In this document: piece by piece, positions 39,201 to 51,294 of the stretch
Numbering within the stretch: the stretch's first letter is position 1
Layout of the letters: the number at the start of each line of letters is the position of its first letter
Source: Vitrella brassicaformis CCMP3155
Lineage: Eukaryota > Protista > Chromerida
NCBI GenBank assembly: GCA_001179505.1
Contig: CDMY01000313.1
Span: forward strand, 62,001-126,000
DNA: 64,000 bases
Direction of reading: 5' to 3'
Program-made: the position numbers and the translations under genes
Notes under the pieces: generated by a model
Told to the model about the DNA's origin: nothing
Databases searched by the model: none
What the model saw: the letters and a program-made list of their open reading frames with translations, nothing else

Positions 39201-40172
39201 TCCTCTCAGGCAAGCAGCATGCAACGGGGGGTACATGATACCCGATCGTCTCTCTCTCTCTCTGTCTCTCTCTCATGGTGCGTGCAGGACATTGGTGTAT
39301 TCATCATGCGCCTGTTCGCTCTCTCGTGTGTGCTGTTTGGCGTGCTGACCTATTTCTTCCTCTCACTGGAGTTCCCACATGAAGAGGGCTGCGGCCCATT
39401 TGATACACGTGAGCGATCACGGCCCTGACAAGGAACCAAAAATCCACGCCATTTGTCAGCACTATCTCGCTTGTCTCGCTTCTCTCTCTCTATCTCTCTC
39501 TCTCTGTGTGTGTGTGTGTGTGTGTATGTGTGTATCCGTCAGGCACCCGCGCGATCGCAGTCATGGAGAACGCCTTCAAGACAGGGTGGGTCTCGTGCCT
39601 CTGTCTCCCTCGTGCCTGCGCCACTCGTGTGTGTGCATCGCTTCTCCTCCTTTGTTTTTCAGTTTTCCGCTGTTGTGGACGATCCTGACGAGTGTGATTC
39701 TGTACACTGCTCTCGCGGCAGTGCTGATTCTGCTGCTGGTGTTCCAGCTCAACAAGATCAACGCATACCGCACTTACCTCCTGGACCAGCACCTCTTCAG
39801 CAGCAGACAAATCGAGGTACGTACGGCTGGAGGAGTGCATGGCAGTCCAACCATTACGTGTCCGTCTGTTCCTTCCTCTGCAGGTGCTGCAAAAGGAAGT
39901 GACCAAGCTGTCCAAGCAGCTCTCCGTTCTCAAGAAACGGTGAGAGAGCTATCGACCACTGCTGCTGGTGTCATGTCTCTTTATGAGTGTATTTGCTTAT
40001 CAGGTTTGCCCGTGCGAGAGAGGAGATGCAATCTGAGGGCTCAGAGGGCGAAACAAGCTTCGCGCCCACACCTTCGGTGCACAGTCGAGCATCGTCCGTG
40101 GCCGTCCCACGGAAGTCGGTGCGCATTGATGCGGACAGAGCAGCGCAAAGCGACAACAGGGCGGACCCATAA
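36212..40172 (+). CDS. TMC: Transmembrane channel-like (TMC family) protein with N-terminal coiled coil (multi-exon)
   Basis: ITRRYGDTFGSFFAFLRW (TMC fG..v.sYF.FLRW); ITAYEKW...TMWRLY; CREDQAA; PKFDVAKNVVQVIYTQSLI..|PFCPF (TMC PeFdia.NvL.lvY.Q...fcP); GCGPF. The terminal exon 40004-40172 gives ...KKR|FARAREEM...NRADP*. Confidence 0.8.
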
Positions 40173-40376
40173 GAGTTGCAGTATGTCTGTCGTGTTGGAC
40201 ACTGCATGGACGTGGCTTCCCATCGATGGTGAAAGCATTAATTATGTGACTGCATTGCAGCTCAACAGCAAAGGAATGGCATTTTAAAGTCTCTTTGATT
40301 GAAGCCGTCCATAAGGATATCGCTTCGCATGGGTGAATGTCTGCCTGTATGTGTGTGTGTGAGGCTGTCTATCTGC

Positions 40377-40414
40377 CACACACACACACACAGACACACA
40401 CACAGACACACACA

Positions 40415-40447
<33 letters not shown>
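40377..40447. repeat. Compound (CA)n/(CACACAGA) microsatellite, about 70 bp
   Basis: Directly visible. It is one of many (CA)n/(GT)n, (CT)n and (GACA)n tracts in the window. Confidence 0.95.
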
Positions 40448-40448
<1 letters not shown>

Positions 40449-41512
40449 CAGACATACAGACATACAGACAGACAGGCCCCTCCCGCCCTCCCTCTCTGAA
40501 CACCCTGCGCACCTCCGTGTATGGGAAGGTGCCTGCCTGTGTGCTGCGTTCCTGCACACGTGCATTCACGAAATTCGCAAACCCTACGCATAACTAGGGC
40601 TTAAATGCGCACATCAGCCGCCTCGCCGCCCCCCTGCAATGGGAGAAAGCCCCCCCCTAGCGATCGGCAAAATGCGAGCTTAGACATGTGAAAGGGAAGA
40701 CGCCGACCCACCAAACGCACAGATCAGGAGCAGAGAGGCTCACAGGAAGGCCGCACACGCAGCCAGGAGCAGCCAGAAGATCAAATACATAAGCTGACAT
40801 CTCTCTCTGTGTCTGTGTCTGTGTCTGTCTGTGTGTGCAGGCCGAGATGGCCGTGTTGGTTGCGCCAAGACTCGGAGGCTCATTCGGGTGTCAGAGGATT
40901 TCCCTCGCTGAGGGCTTTGCTATGCGCCGATCCGCCTCTGCGAGACGGTGCCTTGGCGTGCACTCCCGACGGTGACCCATGTGCAGCGCAGTCACAGTGC
41001 GTGTGAGGGAGATTTCTGACCATCAGATTGACCGGGGCATCCAGCCCGACACGCACAGCCGTCGAGCGGTGCTCTCTGAGGTACTTTCTGACTGACCCCC
41101 TCCCTCCCCTCTCTGTGTGAGTGTCATCTCTGCAGGCACGTCTTTCGCTCTGTGGGTGCGGCCCGGCCCATCCAAGACACGGGTCGAGTGCATCAGCTCA
41201 TGGACCGCACACGTGCCAAGAGAGAGGGGCAGGTCAGCAAAACTGACGACGCTACGCAAGCGCAAAAAAATGTCACCATTTTGCCATTTTTGACCGTAGG
41301 GTGACCCTTGTCGGCCACCTGTAGGCCCACATACGACTGATAGACCTATTCTGTGACTGGTGGTGGCCTGGTGCGAAAACTATCAAAACAACCCTTTTAT
41401 CACCGACTTTTTTCTCTCACCTACTTGGCCCAGTGGGTGGGCAATCAATCTACCCCCCTCTCTCTCTCTCTTTCTCTCTGTGTGTGTGTGTGTGTGTGTG
41501 TGCATCCGCCAG

Positions 41513-42135
41513 GCACTCGCGCGATCGCAGTCATGGAGAACGCCTTCAAGACAGGGTGGATCAGCTGCTGCTGTCTCCCTCGTGCCTGCGCCACTCGTGT
41601 GTGTGCATCGCTTCTCCTCCTTTGTTGTTCAGTTTTCCGCTGTTGTGGACGATCCTGACGAGTGTGATTCTGTACACTGCTCTCGCGGCAGTGCTGATTC
41701 TGCTGCTGGTGTTCCAGCTCAACAAGATCAACGCATACCGCACTTACCTCCTGGACCAGCACCTCTTCAGCAGCAGACAAATCGAGGTACGTTTAAAAGA
41801 GCGCATGGCAGCCCGACCAAATATTACGTGTCTATCTGTTCTTTTTTGCAGGTGCTGCAAAAGGAAGTGACCAAGCTGTCCAAGCAGCTCTCCGTTCTTA
41901 AGAAACGGTGAGAGAGCAATCGACCACTGCTGCTGGTGTCACTCTATGAGTGTATTTGCTTATCAGGTTTGCCCGTGCGAGGGAGGAGATGCAATCTGAG
42001 GGCTCAGAGGGCGAAACAAGCTTCGCGCCCACACCTTCGGTGCACAGTCGAGCATCGTCCGTGGCCGTCCCACGGAAGTCGGTGCGCATTGACGCGGACA
42101 GAGCAGCGCAAAGCGACAACAGGGCGGAGCCATAA
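41513..42135 (+). other. Duplicated last four coding exons of the TMC gene (alternative 3' end, partial paralog, or second haplotype)
   Basis: Exons GTRAIAVMENAFKT|FPLLW...RQIE|VLQKEV...KKR|FARAREEM...NRAEP* repeat 39543-40172 with intact GT-AG sites. Homology spans about 39480-40335 versus 41455-42298. Confidence 0.85.
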
Positions 42136-43463
42136 GAGTTGCAGTATGTCTGTCGTGTTGGACACTGCATGGACGTGGCTTTGCATCGATGGTGAAAGCA
42201 TTAATTATGTGAATGCATTGCAGCTCAACAGCAAAGGAATGGCACTTCTAAGGTCTGCTAGATTGAAACCGTCCATGTGGATATCGCTTTGCATGAATCG
42301 AGCCATCCTTGAAGCCATCCATCCGTCCAGCAAGACAAACACATCGCATACACATGAATGAGTCGTTCCACACAAGGACCACCGACAGCAGCAAGGAACA
42401 CATTGGCGCCAACGTGTACACGCCATTGCAGCTCACATGCAACACACCCTTTGCTATACATCGCACTTCTCTTTGCTTTCCATACTACATCTCGTTTGCT
42501 TGGATGTGTCTCGTTGATCATGCCATGAGGGTCACGCCGTTCTTGCCGCCGCGTGGCGTTGTAGCGGCCGTCGACGAGCCCGACACACATGAGGCCTTGG
42601 AGGGCTGCACCACAGCCTTGGCGCCAACCTGAGGCACAGGACAAGTCATTGAAGAACGAATGCATTGCAAAACGACACATTGATGGCCCCGCCTGTGCGG
42701 ATGTACCTGGTTGATGTCCGTGGGAGTGTCCTTGACCTTCTTGCCATCCTCCCCGTTGCATGCACAGCCGTCCTTGTCGGCACCGTTCGTCGCCGCCGCC
42801 ATCATCGCCATGGCGTTGCGGCGCTTCATGAGGGTAGATCCGGCTATGGGGCCCAATGTAATGTCGGTGCGGTGCAGCGACAGGTTGAGCCGCGAGAACG
42901 TGGGGATGTGGGGCGTCAGCGGGCTCTCACACTCAGCCGCCATCGGTGCTGTGGGGCGAATACAGAGTTCGAGTGATGGGAACCAACGAAAGTTGATAAG
43001 AGAGAGCGAAAGCAGCCAAAAGGGACACAATTGAACCGCGAGAACGTCAAGCCCCACTTCGTCGCCTTTTTGTCGACTTTCAAGCTCGCGCAGATGTGAC
43101 GGTGCATTTCTTTGGCTGCTCTCCCGTCTTCATCGAATCTGCAGGCGACACCATCAACTGTGAATTCAGTCAGGTGCATTTCATGAAATGTTCGTGTCTT
43201 TCATGTGCAGGAGGTGACGGCCAAGTTGGCCGTTGTGCAATGCACTGGACGCTTCGTTCTAAGCGAGAGGTGTGATGGATTGGTTGTGGGTCAAAATTGA
43301 GGCACTCATGCAGACAGACAGACAGATGTGAATCAAAGGGTCCAGCCGCCCATGCACACCAGTCCATCCAAGCAGCACAATGTCATAAGTCGGTCTGTCG
43401 ACATGTGTGTGAGGCCATATATGTCTGCCGCTGCTGTTGTGGCACTGGCTGCTCCTCACTCAC

Positions 43464-45777
43464 TCAGCCCGACTTCACCTGAAGAGCACGGACATCCATG
43501 AATTCATCCGTGCCGGTCGTCTCTCTGCCTTTCCCCCACCTACTCGCGTGATAGATGGCGATCTCCTTCGCGATAAACTGCCATTTGCCCGCCAGTGTGC
43601 CGTTGCCATTGGTGCTGAACCGGCCGAGGTAGCCGGCCGGCAGGTCCTCCTTCTTGACCCACTGACACATGCTGCGCATGTCATCTGACGGGCCCGGGGT
43701 GCCATCGCAAAGCCACAGGTACCCGTCACCCAAGTACAACTGCACACGGTAATGTAACAGCCGTGTCCTTTCTGTTCGTGCTGCTTTGTTCTTCCCTTTG
43801 CCCCTCCGCCCACCTTGCCGCGTGAGTCCGTGTTGTTGGCCTTGACGGAGGCGTCGCGGCCGGCGACATGCACCTTCTGTTCGGCCTCGGGGATGGGCAC
43901 CTTGGTGACTTTGGCATAGGCTCCGCTGATCGAAATGAGGAAGTGGGGCGTGGAGTATCGACTGGTCTGTGTGGGGTCGGCGGGCGGCTTGAGTTGACCG
44001 TACACAAAGGCTCCGAATCGGTGTGTATCGTTGTGGTTGATGAGGAACAGCAGACTGCTCGCGTCGCCCACCTTGTCCACCATCGTGCCGAAGTCACCAC
44101 CGTCACGCGTCGAACTGACAGAGAGCAAAGAGAACGGGGTGGGAGTGACACTGCGAGAGATCATATGGCTGTCTCTGTTTACCTGTAGAGGAGTTTGACC
44201 GAGGGGCTGGGTATCTTGGTCATGGCCAGCACCTCCTGCGTCTCCTCGAAGGTGAGCAGTTGGGCCGGGGGCCGATAGACGTCCTCCATCGTGAGGCCAT
44301 ACATTTCAACATCCTTCTGCACACACACACACACACACAGGTTGAGTGCTCATGGCCGCCTTGATGAAGTCATGTGTGAACGGATCAGCCATACCTTCAG
44401 CTGAGCGACATACTTGGGCTTGGCTGTGGGCTTCTTGACCACGGCACCGGGCCGCTTCTCGAGTCGAAGGCGGCGAGCAAAGTCCACCACCTGAATGGCC
44501 GCCAGAAGGACTTGCAGTGTGCCTTCCTCTCTCTCTCTCTCTCTCTCCTCTCGTGTGTGCGTATGTTGTGTGTCACCTTCGTGAAGTTCTCAGTGGATGT
44601 CTGCCGGACCGGTACGTCACCCTGTACGATGTCACCACTGCACACACACCACACACATCACACACACACAAGAGAGGAAAGAATACAATGCGTCCATACA
44701 ACGGCAGTGTATGTGTGTGTTGTAGGTGCCTTCCCAACTGAATCGCTTGTAGAGGAGGTTGTTGTGGCCGAACTGCGATAGCGTCGCCTCGGTGGTCGAC
44801 ACTGCCTGGCCCAGGACGGTCGTGGTCATGACGGTGTGGTCGCTGCAGTCCTCTGCTCGGAGGAAGGGCCGTACCGCCTGCCCGAACCCGTCCAAATGCA
44901 CTACCGCTTTCTCCAATACCGTCACCGCGTCATTGTAGCTATCCACGTACTCACGCAGCCGACTGCCGGCAGTCCCATCCCCATTGCCATCACCTGCCCC
45001 CTCTCGATCGCCATCCCGATTGCGGCCCTCCTTGTTGCCCTCCGCTGCCTCTCTGTCGTCCATGTCGACGTCCTCTGATCGCACGTCGATCTCGAGCGAT
45101 GTCGGGGTGAGGAACAGCTCGTGGTGGAAGGCGAACGAAGGGTCCTCCTTCTGTGTGTCGTCCAACTCGATCTCGTGCTCCTCGCCCTGGGCGTCAGCAC
45201 CCTCAACCAACGCTATCTCGTCAGACAACCTGACGAGTGCAAAGGAGAGGAAACAAAGCGCATTGAACACTACCCAATCAGACCTGCTTCCCCCCTCCAC
45301 CCACCACTTGACATAGTTGAAGTCAGCGTCGACGAAGGGCCGGCCCTCCTTATCGCGGGGCAGTTCGTCCACACAGTACAGCAGCAGATGGGCGAAGTAG
45401 GTGTGGCGGAGCTGATCCAGCATCAGCCCCTTGCGCGACACGCCCACCACCCGCCCGCCCACATTGACCTCCACCTCCCCCTCGATGCCGCCCGTCAGCT
45501 CCAGCTTGCCTCCCGTGCTCTCAATCAGCCCTTTGATGGCCTCGGCTTTGGTCTGCAGCTGCTGGCGGGCAGTCCGAGCGGCATTCTCGATGGCGAGGAG
45601 GGCGGCGTTGGCTGCGGCGATGGCTTTGTCGAGTGACTGACGGCCGATCTGAGGCGTGGGAGGGTGGACCAGGTGGTCATCAGCTGGTTGGCCTGCCGCG
45701 TCAACAGCATCACCGTTAATCGCCTTCCGCTTCTTCGAACCACCTGTTGTTGCTGCCGCAGCGGCGGCTGCCGACAT
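43464..45777 (-). CDS. BTB/POZ (KCTD-type, plus a second degenerate BTB) - TLDc protein, cassette copy B
   Basis: EVEVNVGGRVVGVSRKGLMLDQLRHTYFAHLL...LPRDKEGRPFVDADFNY (BTB_2 pattern); TTTVLGQAVSTTEATLSQFGHNNLLYKRFS (second BTB-like start); KLLY|SSTRDGGDF...LFLINHNDTHRFGAF...GK|LYLGDGYLWL...KEIAIYH (TLDc). Confidence 0.8.
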
Positions 45778-46073
45778 GGCCAGCTCCGGGATGAATCAAA
45801 TGACTCGCAATGAGTTAAAATATGCAAGCTATGAAGCGATCTCTCCCATCTGCGGGTTTCTCCAGCCCGACCTGATATGTAATTGCACCACGTGCGGGTG
45901 TGCCCTTCAGATTCACGAGACCGTCAAAACTCGACGAGCTGATTTTGCAGCATTGCTGAGCTCGGATCAGCGTGCCCGTCACTCTGCAGCTGATCCTCGG
46001 AGGGGCGTGGAGCCCTTGTCCAGCTTGCGAAGCATCGCGCCAGCCACTTTAGTCATCATCAGGGCGAACAGCC

Positions 46074-48423
46074 ATGCAGCAGCCAACCGTTGAGCAACCA
46101 TCGGCAGTGGATGGAGGCCAGGCAGTCAGCGAAAGGGGCACATCGGCTGAGGTGGCGTGTCTGGACGCCGGGCAGCTGACCGTGCATAACGAAGCCATGA
46201 CGGAAGGCCAGACCCCACACGCATCAGGTACGGCCACACTGTCCACCCACTGGTTGTTATGTGTCGATTCGCCATCTGCAGAAGCAGCAACGTCCGATGC
46301 CGGAAAGGCTCCGATTCCCCACAGGCGCGAGCACCAGTCGAGTGTGGCGGCCGTCGACGCTCGATCGTCATCCCCACACTCACGACGGAGGCCCAAGGCG
46401 GCCAAGAGTGATGGTGCGTCGGTGTCTGCCGGTGATGTGTGGTCGTCCATCTGTATGTCTGACCCACAGTGGGCCGCCGACAGAGAGAGCAAGGCCGGCA
46501 GCAAGGGGAAGACCGTCATCACCAAATCCGGTGAGGAGACCAAGAGGCAAATCCAACACACCGCTGCAACCGATTGATTATGTGTGGTACCAACTGCAGA
46601 GCATCAGTCTGACGTGGTGGGTGTTCGCTGGCACAACGCGGGTCAGGCCTGGCAGTCAGGCTGGTACGAGAAGGGCGACCCGAACAAGAAATCTAAGTAC
46701 TTCTACGTCAAAGAGCATGGCTTCGACAGAGCCAAGGTACGCAGAACGTCCCCTCTTTCCCTCTCCCTCTGAGTGTCTCATATGTGTGCTTCCATCTGTC
46801 AGGCATTGGCCGAGGAGCACCGTCGTGAGATGGAGCGCACCGGCTGTGCGTCGGTGAGGAAGCTATCAAAGCACCAGAGCGGCGTCAAGGGCGTCTACTA
46901 CGAGAAAAGGTCGAACGCATGGGTGGCCAACTGGTACGAGGACGGCAGACAGAGAGAGAAAAGGTTTTCTGCGAGGCAGTTGGGCTATGAGGGCGCCAAG
47001 CAGGCCGCCATCTCCCACAGACGGAAGATGGAGAAACGACACCACGAGTATCGAGTGGCCGCCTCCTCCCCGCCCCCGTCATTCGAGCTGGATGATAACA
47101 GTCGTCCACCGATCCGCACCAGCAAGCGGCGACGCAAGAGCGCGATGCATCACAGCAGCACTCCCGATGAGATCCAACCGACTGACAGCAATGGGCGGCC
47201 GGCCGGCGAGTCGGCCGCTGACATCGCTCGGCTCGGCACGACGTGTGACACGGCTGCGCTGGCCGTTTTGCTGGAGGGTGTGCGTGCGAGCGATCCTGAG
47301 AGTGGCGGTCGGTATGAGATCGTCACAGTGACGGTGGCCGGCCACCAGACGAGGGCCATTCGGTGGATGCCAACAGGTGCGTCTCACTCGTCCGTTCACT
47401 GACTGCCGTCCATTGGTGTGTGTGTGTGTGGTTACAGGTGTGGATGTGCCGTCTGATGGGCAAGTGACTGCCCAGGCCATGAGGGCGGCGCGGCCTCCCA
47501 GAGAGGAGAGGAGCGAGCCACTTCCCCTCCCCCACGCCGACGCATCGACGACAGCGCACCGCAATAACGGTGAGCCAGGCACCACCTGGACGCGTGATTG
47601 AGTCAACAGACCGTCCCACGCCCTCTTCTGGCTGTCTGGCTGTGTGCAATTCACGCAGAGTGCACCGACCCAGAGGAGCGCCACACGCAAAGCAGCTCTG
47701 TCGATGAGCATAGAGGCCATGACGGCCGTGTGGCCTCGGCTGCCCGCAGCCCCCCTCCCAAGCGGCTGTGCGGCCCAGCCGGCCGTCAGGTGGCGGGAGA
47801 ACTGACGGGCGATGCGCTGGCTCGCGCACTGGTGCGGTGGATGAGGGACCAGCAGCCGGGAGACTTCCATGCAGCAGACAGGGGCGGGTGAGCAGGACCA
47901 AGTGCATGACGCTATTACGTCACTTTGTGCATCTGCGTGTGGCATATCTGTGTCAGTATCGGCATCTCGTGGCGGACCAACTACAGTCATGAGGCCTACT
48001 TCTGGGACAGCGACGCATCGACGGCCGTCGATCTGCGTCGGTTCCCTGTCGGCTACGGCGCTTCCCGCGCGGCCATCTTCACGGCCTTCCGTGAGGCTGT
48101 CGAGTACCGCAATGCGCTCCACCGGTCGCGTGTAAGCGATCGGGCAATGCTCATCGATCTGTCGTGGCTGCAGCGAGCGCAGCGGGGGCAGGGGCAAGGC
48201 GGCGTCCCTGGTGTGCTTCCCAACCGCAGCACTCATCTGTACGGAGGCAACCATCGCAGCAAGAGGCCCAGGCTCGACCCACCGTTGGACTCCCCTCTCT
48301 GTCCCCGCCCTGCCCCGGCCGCCGCTCCTCATCTCCCAGTCCGCCCCCGTATGAGTCGAGAGGGCGACGCGACACTGGGCCGACGTGCCCGCCAGAGGAG
48401 CAGCGTGGCTCGGGCGGCCCGCC
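46074..48423 (+). CDS. ApiAP2-type protein B1: tandem AP2-AP2, 'GGRYEI' motif and a third divergent AP2-like domain; runs into the assembly gap
   Basis: AEHQSDVVGVRWHNAGQAWQSGWYEKG...FYVKEHGFDRAK|ALAEEHRRE...HQSGVKGVYYEKRSNAWVANWYEDGRQREKRFSARQLGYEGAKQAAISHRRKME; a later exon has GISWRTNYSHEAYFW...RRFPVGYG...AFREAVEYRN. Confidence 0.78.
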
Positions 48424-48723
48424 NNNNNNNNNNNNNNNNNNNNNNNNNNNNNNNNNNNNNNNNNNNNNNNNNNNNNNNNNNNNNNNNNNNNNNNNNNNNN
48501 NNNNNNNNNNNNNNNNNNNNNNNNNNNNNNNNNNNNNNNNNNNNNNNNNNNNNNNNNNNNNNNNNNNNNNNNNNNNNNNNNNNNNNNNNNNNNNNNNNNN
48601 NNNNNNNNNNNNNNNNNNNNNNNNNNNNNNNNNNNNNNNNNNNNNNNNNNNNNNNNNNNNNNNNNNNNNNNNNNNNNNNNNNNNNNNNNNNNNNNNNNNN
48701 NNNNNNNNNNNNNNNNNNNNNNN

Positions 48724-49462
48724 TGATGACGGCAGCCGCTCACCGTCTCCCCAGCCACGACGGAGGCGCAAGGCGGCCAAGAGGGATGGTGCGTCGGTGT
48801 CTGCCGGTGATGTGCTGTCGTCCATCTGTATGTCTGACCCCCAGTGGGCCGCCGACAGAGACAAGAAGACCAGCACCAAGGGGAAGACCGTCATCACCAA
48901 ATCCGGTGAGGAACCCAACAAGCGAATTCAATCCGATTTCACCTGTGTGTGTCCCGCCTATCGCAGAGCATCAGTCAGACGTGGTGGGGGTCAGGTGGAC
49001 TGAGAAGCCCCCGGGCTGGAGGGTATCATGGACTGAGAAAGACGACTCGAAACCTCTGAAGGAACAGCGCTTCCTCGTTAGGGATCACGGCTACGACAAA
49101 GCCAAGGTCAGCAGGCCGCCGTCCACTCCCCTTTACCTCCACCTCTGTCTGAGTCTGTCGTGTGTCCATCCATCCGTCAGGCGCTGGCCGAACAGCACCG
49201 TCGTGAGCTGGAGCGCACCGGCCGGGCGTCGGTCAGGAAGCAAGCGGAACATCAGAGCGGCGTCAAGGGCGTGGTGTACCACAAGAAGCAGATTGCTTGG
49301 GTGGCCACATGGCATGAGGACGGCAACCAGAAGAAGGAGAAGACTTTTTCTGTGGGTAAGATGGGAATGGAACGTGCCAAGCAGGCCGCCATTAGACATC
49401 GCCGGGCGATGGAGGCGAAGCATCACAGATACCAACACAAGGGAGAAACGGCCGGCCGTTGA
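48724..49462 (+). CDS. ApiAP2-type protein B2 with tandem AP2-AP2 (5' end in gap); tandem paralog of the 5' half of B1
   Basis: DGASVSAGDV.SSICMSDPQWAADR...KGKTVITKS| is shared with B1; AEHQSDVVGVRW...FLVRDHGYDKAK|ALAEQHRRE...HQSGVKGVVYHKKQIAWVATWHEDG...FSVGKMGMERAKQAAIRHRRAME. Confidence 0.75.
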
Positions 49463-51294
49463 GCGGTGGCAGCGACGGAGTGACAGAGGGAGAGGGAGGG
49501 GGAGTAGAGAGAGGTGGGGCCGGCCTGACGGATCTAGGCTTATGTCATTTTCTACGTCTGAGGGCGATAGGGGGGTGGGTCTTACTTAGGGAGATACGTT
49601 GACGAGGTGCATGTGGGCGTGTGTCGTCTTCAATTCTGTGTGGTGTGGTTTCCCCGCCCGCCCCTGTAATTAGCTGGAACATGACTGTGCGTGTTTGGAT
49701 ACTTTACTGTCCGAATGATTGGCGGATGCGCCTTCGTCAATAGTGAGTGGGCAGATCGTCAAATGCCTTCCTGTCCTTGATTGATCCAGCCACACCACAC
49801 CACACACGGCCACCAAGCCAAATCCTTCCTCTTCAAAACACAAGCAGTCTCCGGAAACGCACAAAAGGGAACAAAACGAGAGAGACGGAGCGTACCGATA
49901 GGCACACGGACGCCCACACCCACACCCACAGCCACACCCACAGCCACAGCCACGCTCACATCCAAAAAGATCGCTCACTCACTCACGGACAATGGCCTAT
50001 CTCCATCTCTCAGCCAGGGCACACACACATGAATTCACCCAGTCGCATTTGGAAAAAGTGAGCTGCAAAAAAGCTGACGGCCTCGTCAGTTAAAAGCTCT
50101 CTCATACAGCATACAACCAGCACAGCACAGCACGGCACAGCTTAGCTCACACACGCCTCTTCTGTCTGTCTGTATGTCTGTTGCTCTACTGTGCGTGAGC
50201 CGCACGGGACGGACACACAGCAAGAGCAAGGCCTGCCTTCTTGAAGCACCATGCACCCCCATGTGCAGCCATCCCATCTCAATCCATCATACAGGCCCAA
50301 TAAATAAGCAAATAAGTGAATAAATCACTAAGAAACACCGACAGACCATCGATCGGTGCGCATTGCCCTCCCATCCCATGATCTGTCTGTCTGTCTCAGC
50401 TCCCAGGCTCCCTCTTGCGGTTAAACTACCCGCCCATCTGTGTGTCACCCGCCCGATCCATCGGCCCCTCATCGATCACATCACCCCATGCCATGTGTGC
50501 TGGAGGGACACTCAACCAAACCATCGACGTCCCTTTTGTTTCAGCACGCCCACGCACTCATACGGTGAGTGACCCATTGCATTGCTGTGTGTGTGGGGGC
50601 CGGTCTGGTCTGTGTGCACCCACATACCACCCACAAGCCAGCGGCAGGGGGGATGAGCTCCGCGCCGCGCCGCGGTTGTCGCGTTTGCACATAGATCGAC
50701 ACAGATCCACACAAACACACACACACACACACACAGAGGACACACAGACTGAGGCAGGAAACTAGACTAGACTAGACTGGCACTAGAGCTTCAAGGCCAA
50801 AACCACTAGAAGAGCTTATCCAGGGCAGCGATGTAGCTGTCGGTGGCCTCGTGGTCGTCCATCAGACCTACGCTCACACACACACACACACACAAGCCAC
50901 AACGCATCCACTCCCCCATCACAGTAGCTATGAAGCCATTCACACACACATACGCCCTCACCCACTCACTCACCGTGGTGGCTGACGTATCCATCAGGTC
51001 GAATAGAGACGAATGCCCCAGAATGGTCGAACGGGTCCATACTAACAATCGTCGTATCCGTCGAACGGGTCCATCCATCCACCATTGAGATGTCTCACTG
51101 ACTGCAGCAATCATCGTTTGCCCTCTCTGCCACCGATTGCCATCCCCCCATCTCATGCATCACCTCCTTACCTACACACACGCATACCCACACCCACTCA
51201 CACGGAGACAGACAGACGGACAGACGTTCACTCGGTGCCCCGGGCACACACAAGAGATGCGCTGCACAATGACTTTCTTTCTCTGTGTGGAAAG

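Noticed and set aside
40377-40447. Repeat arrays as CRISPR-like structures
   Set aside because: They are simple microsatellites with no repeat-spacer periodicity and no cas genes, in a eukaryotic context.
42518-43057. 179-aa minus-strand ORF
   Set aside because: No recognisable motif, no supporting splice chain and weak codon bias.
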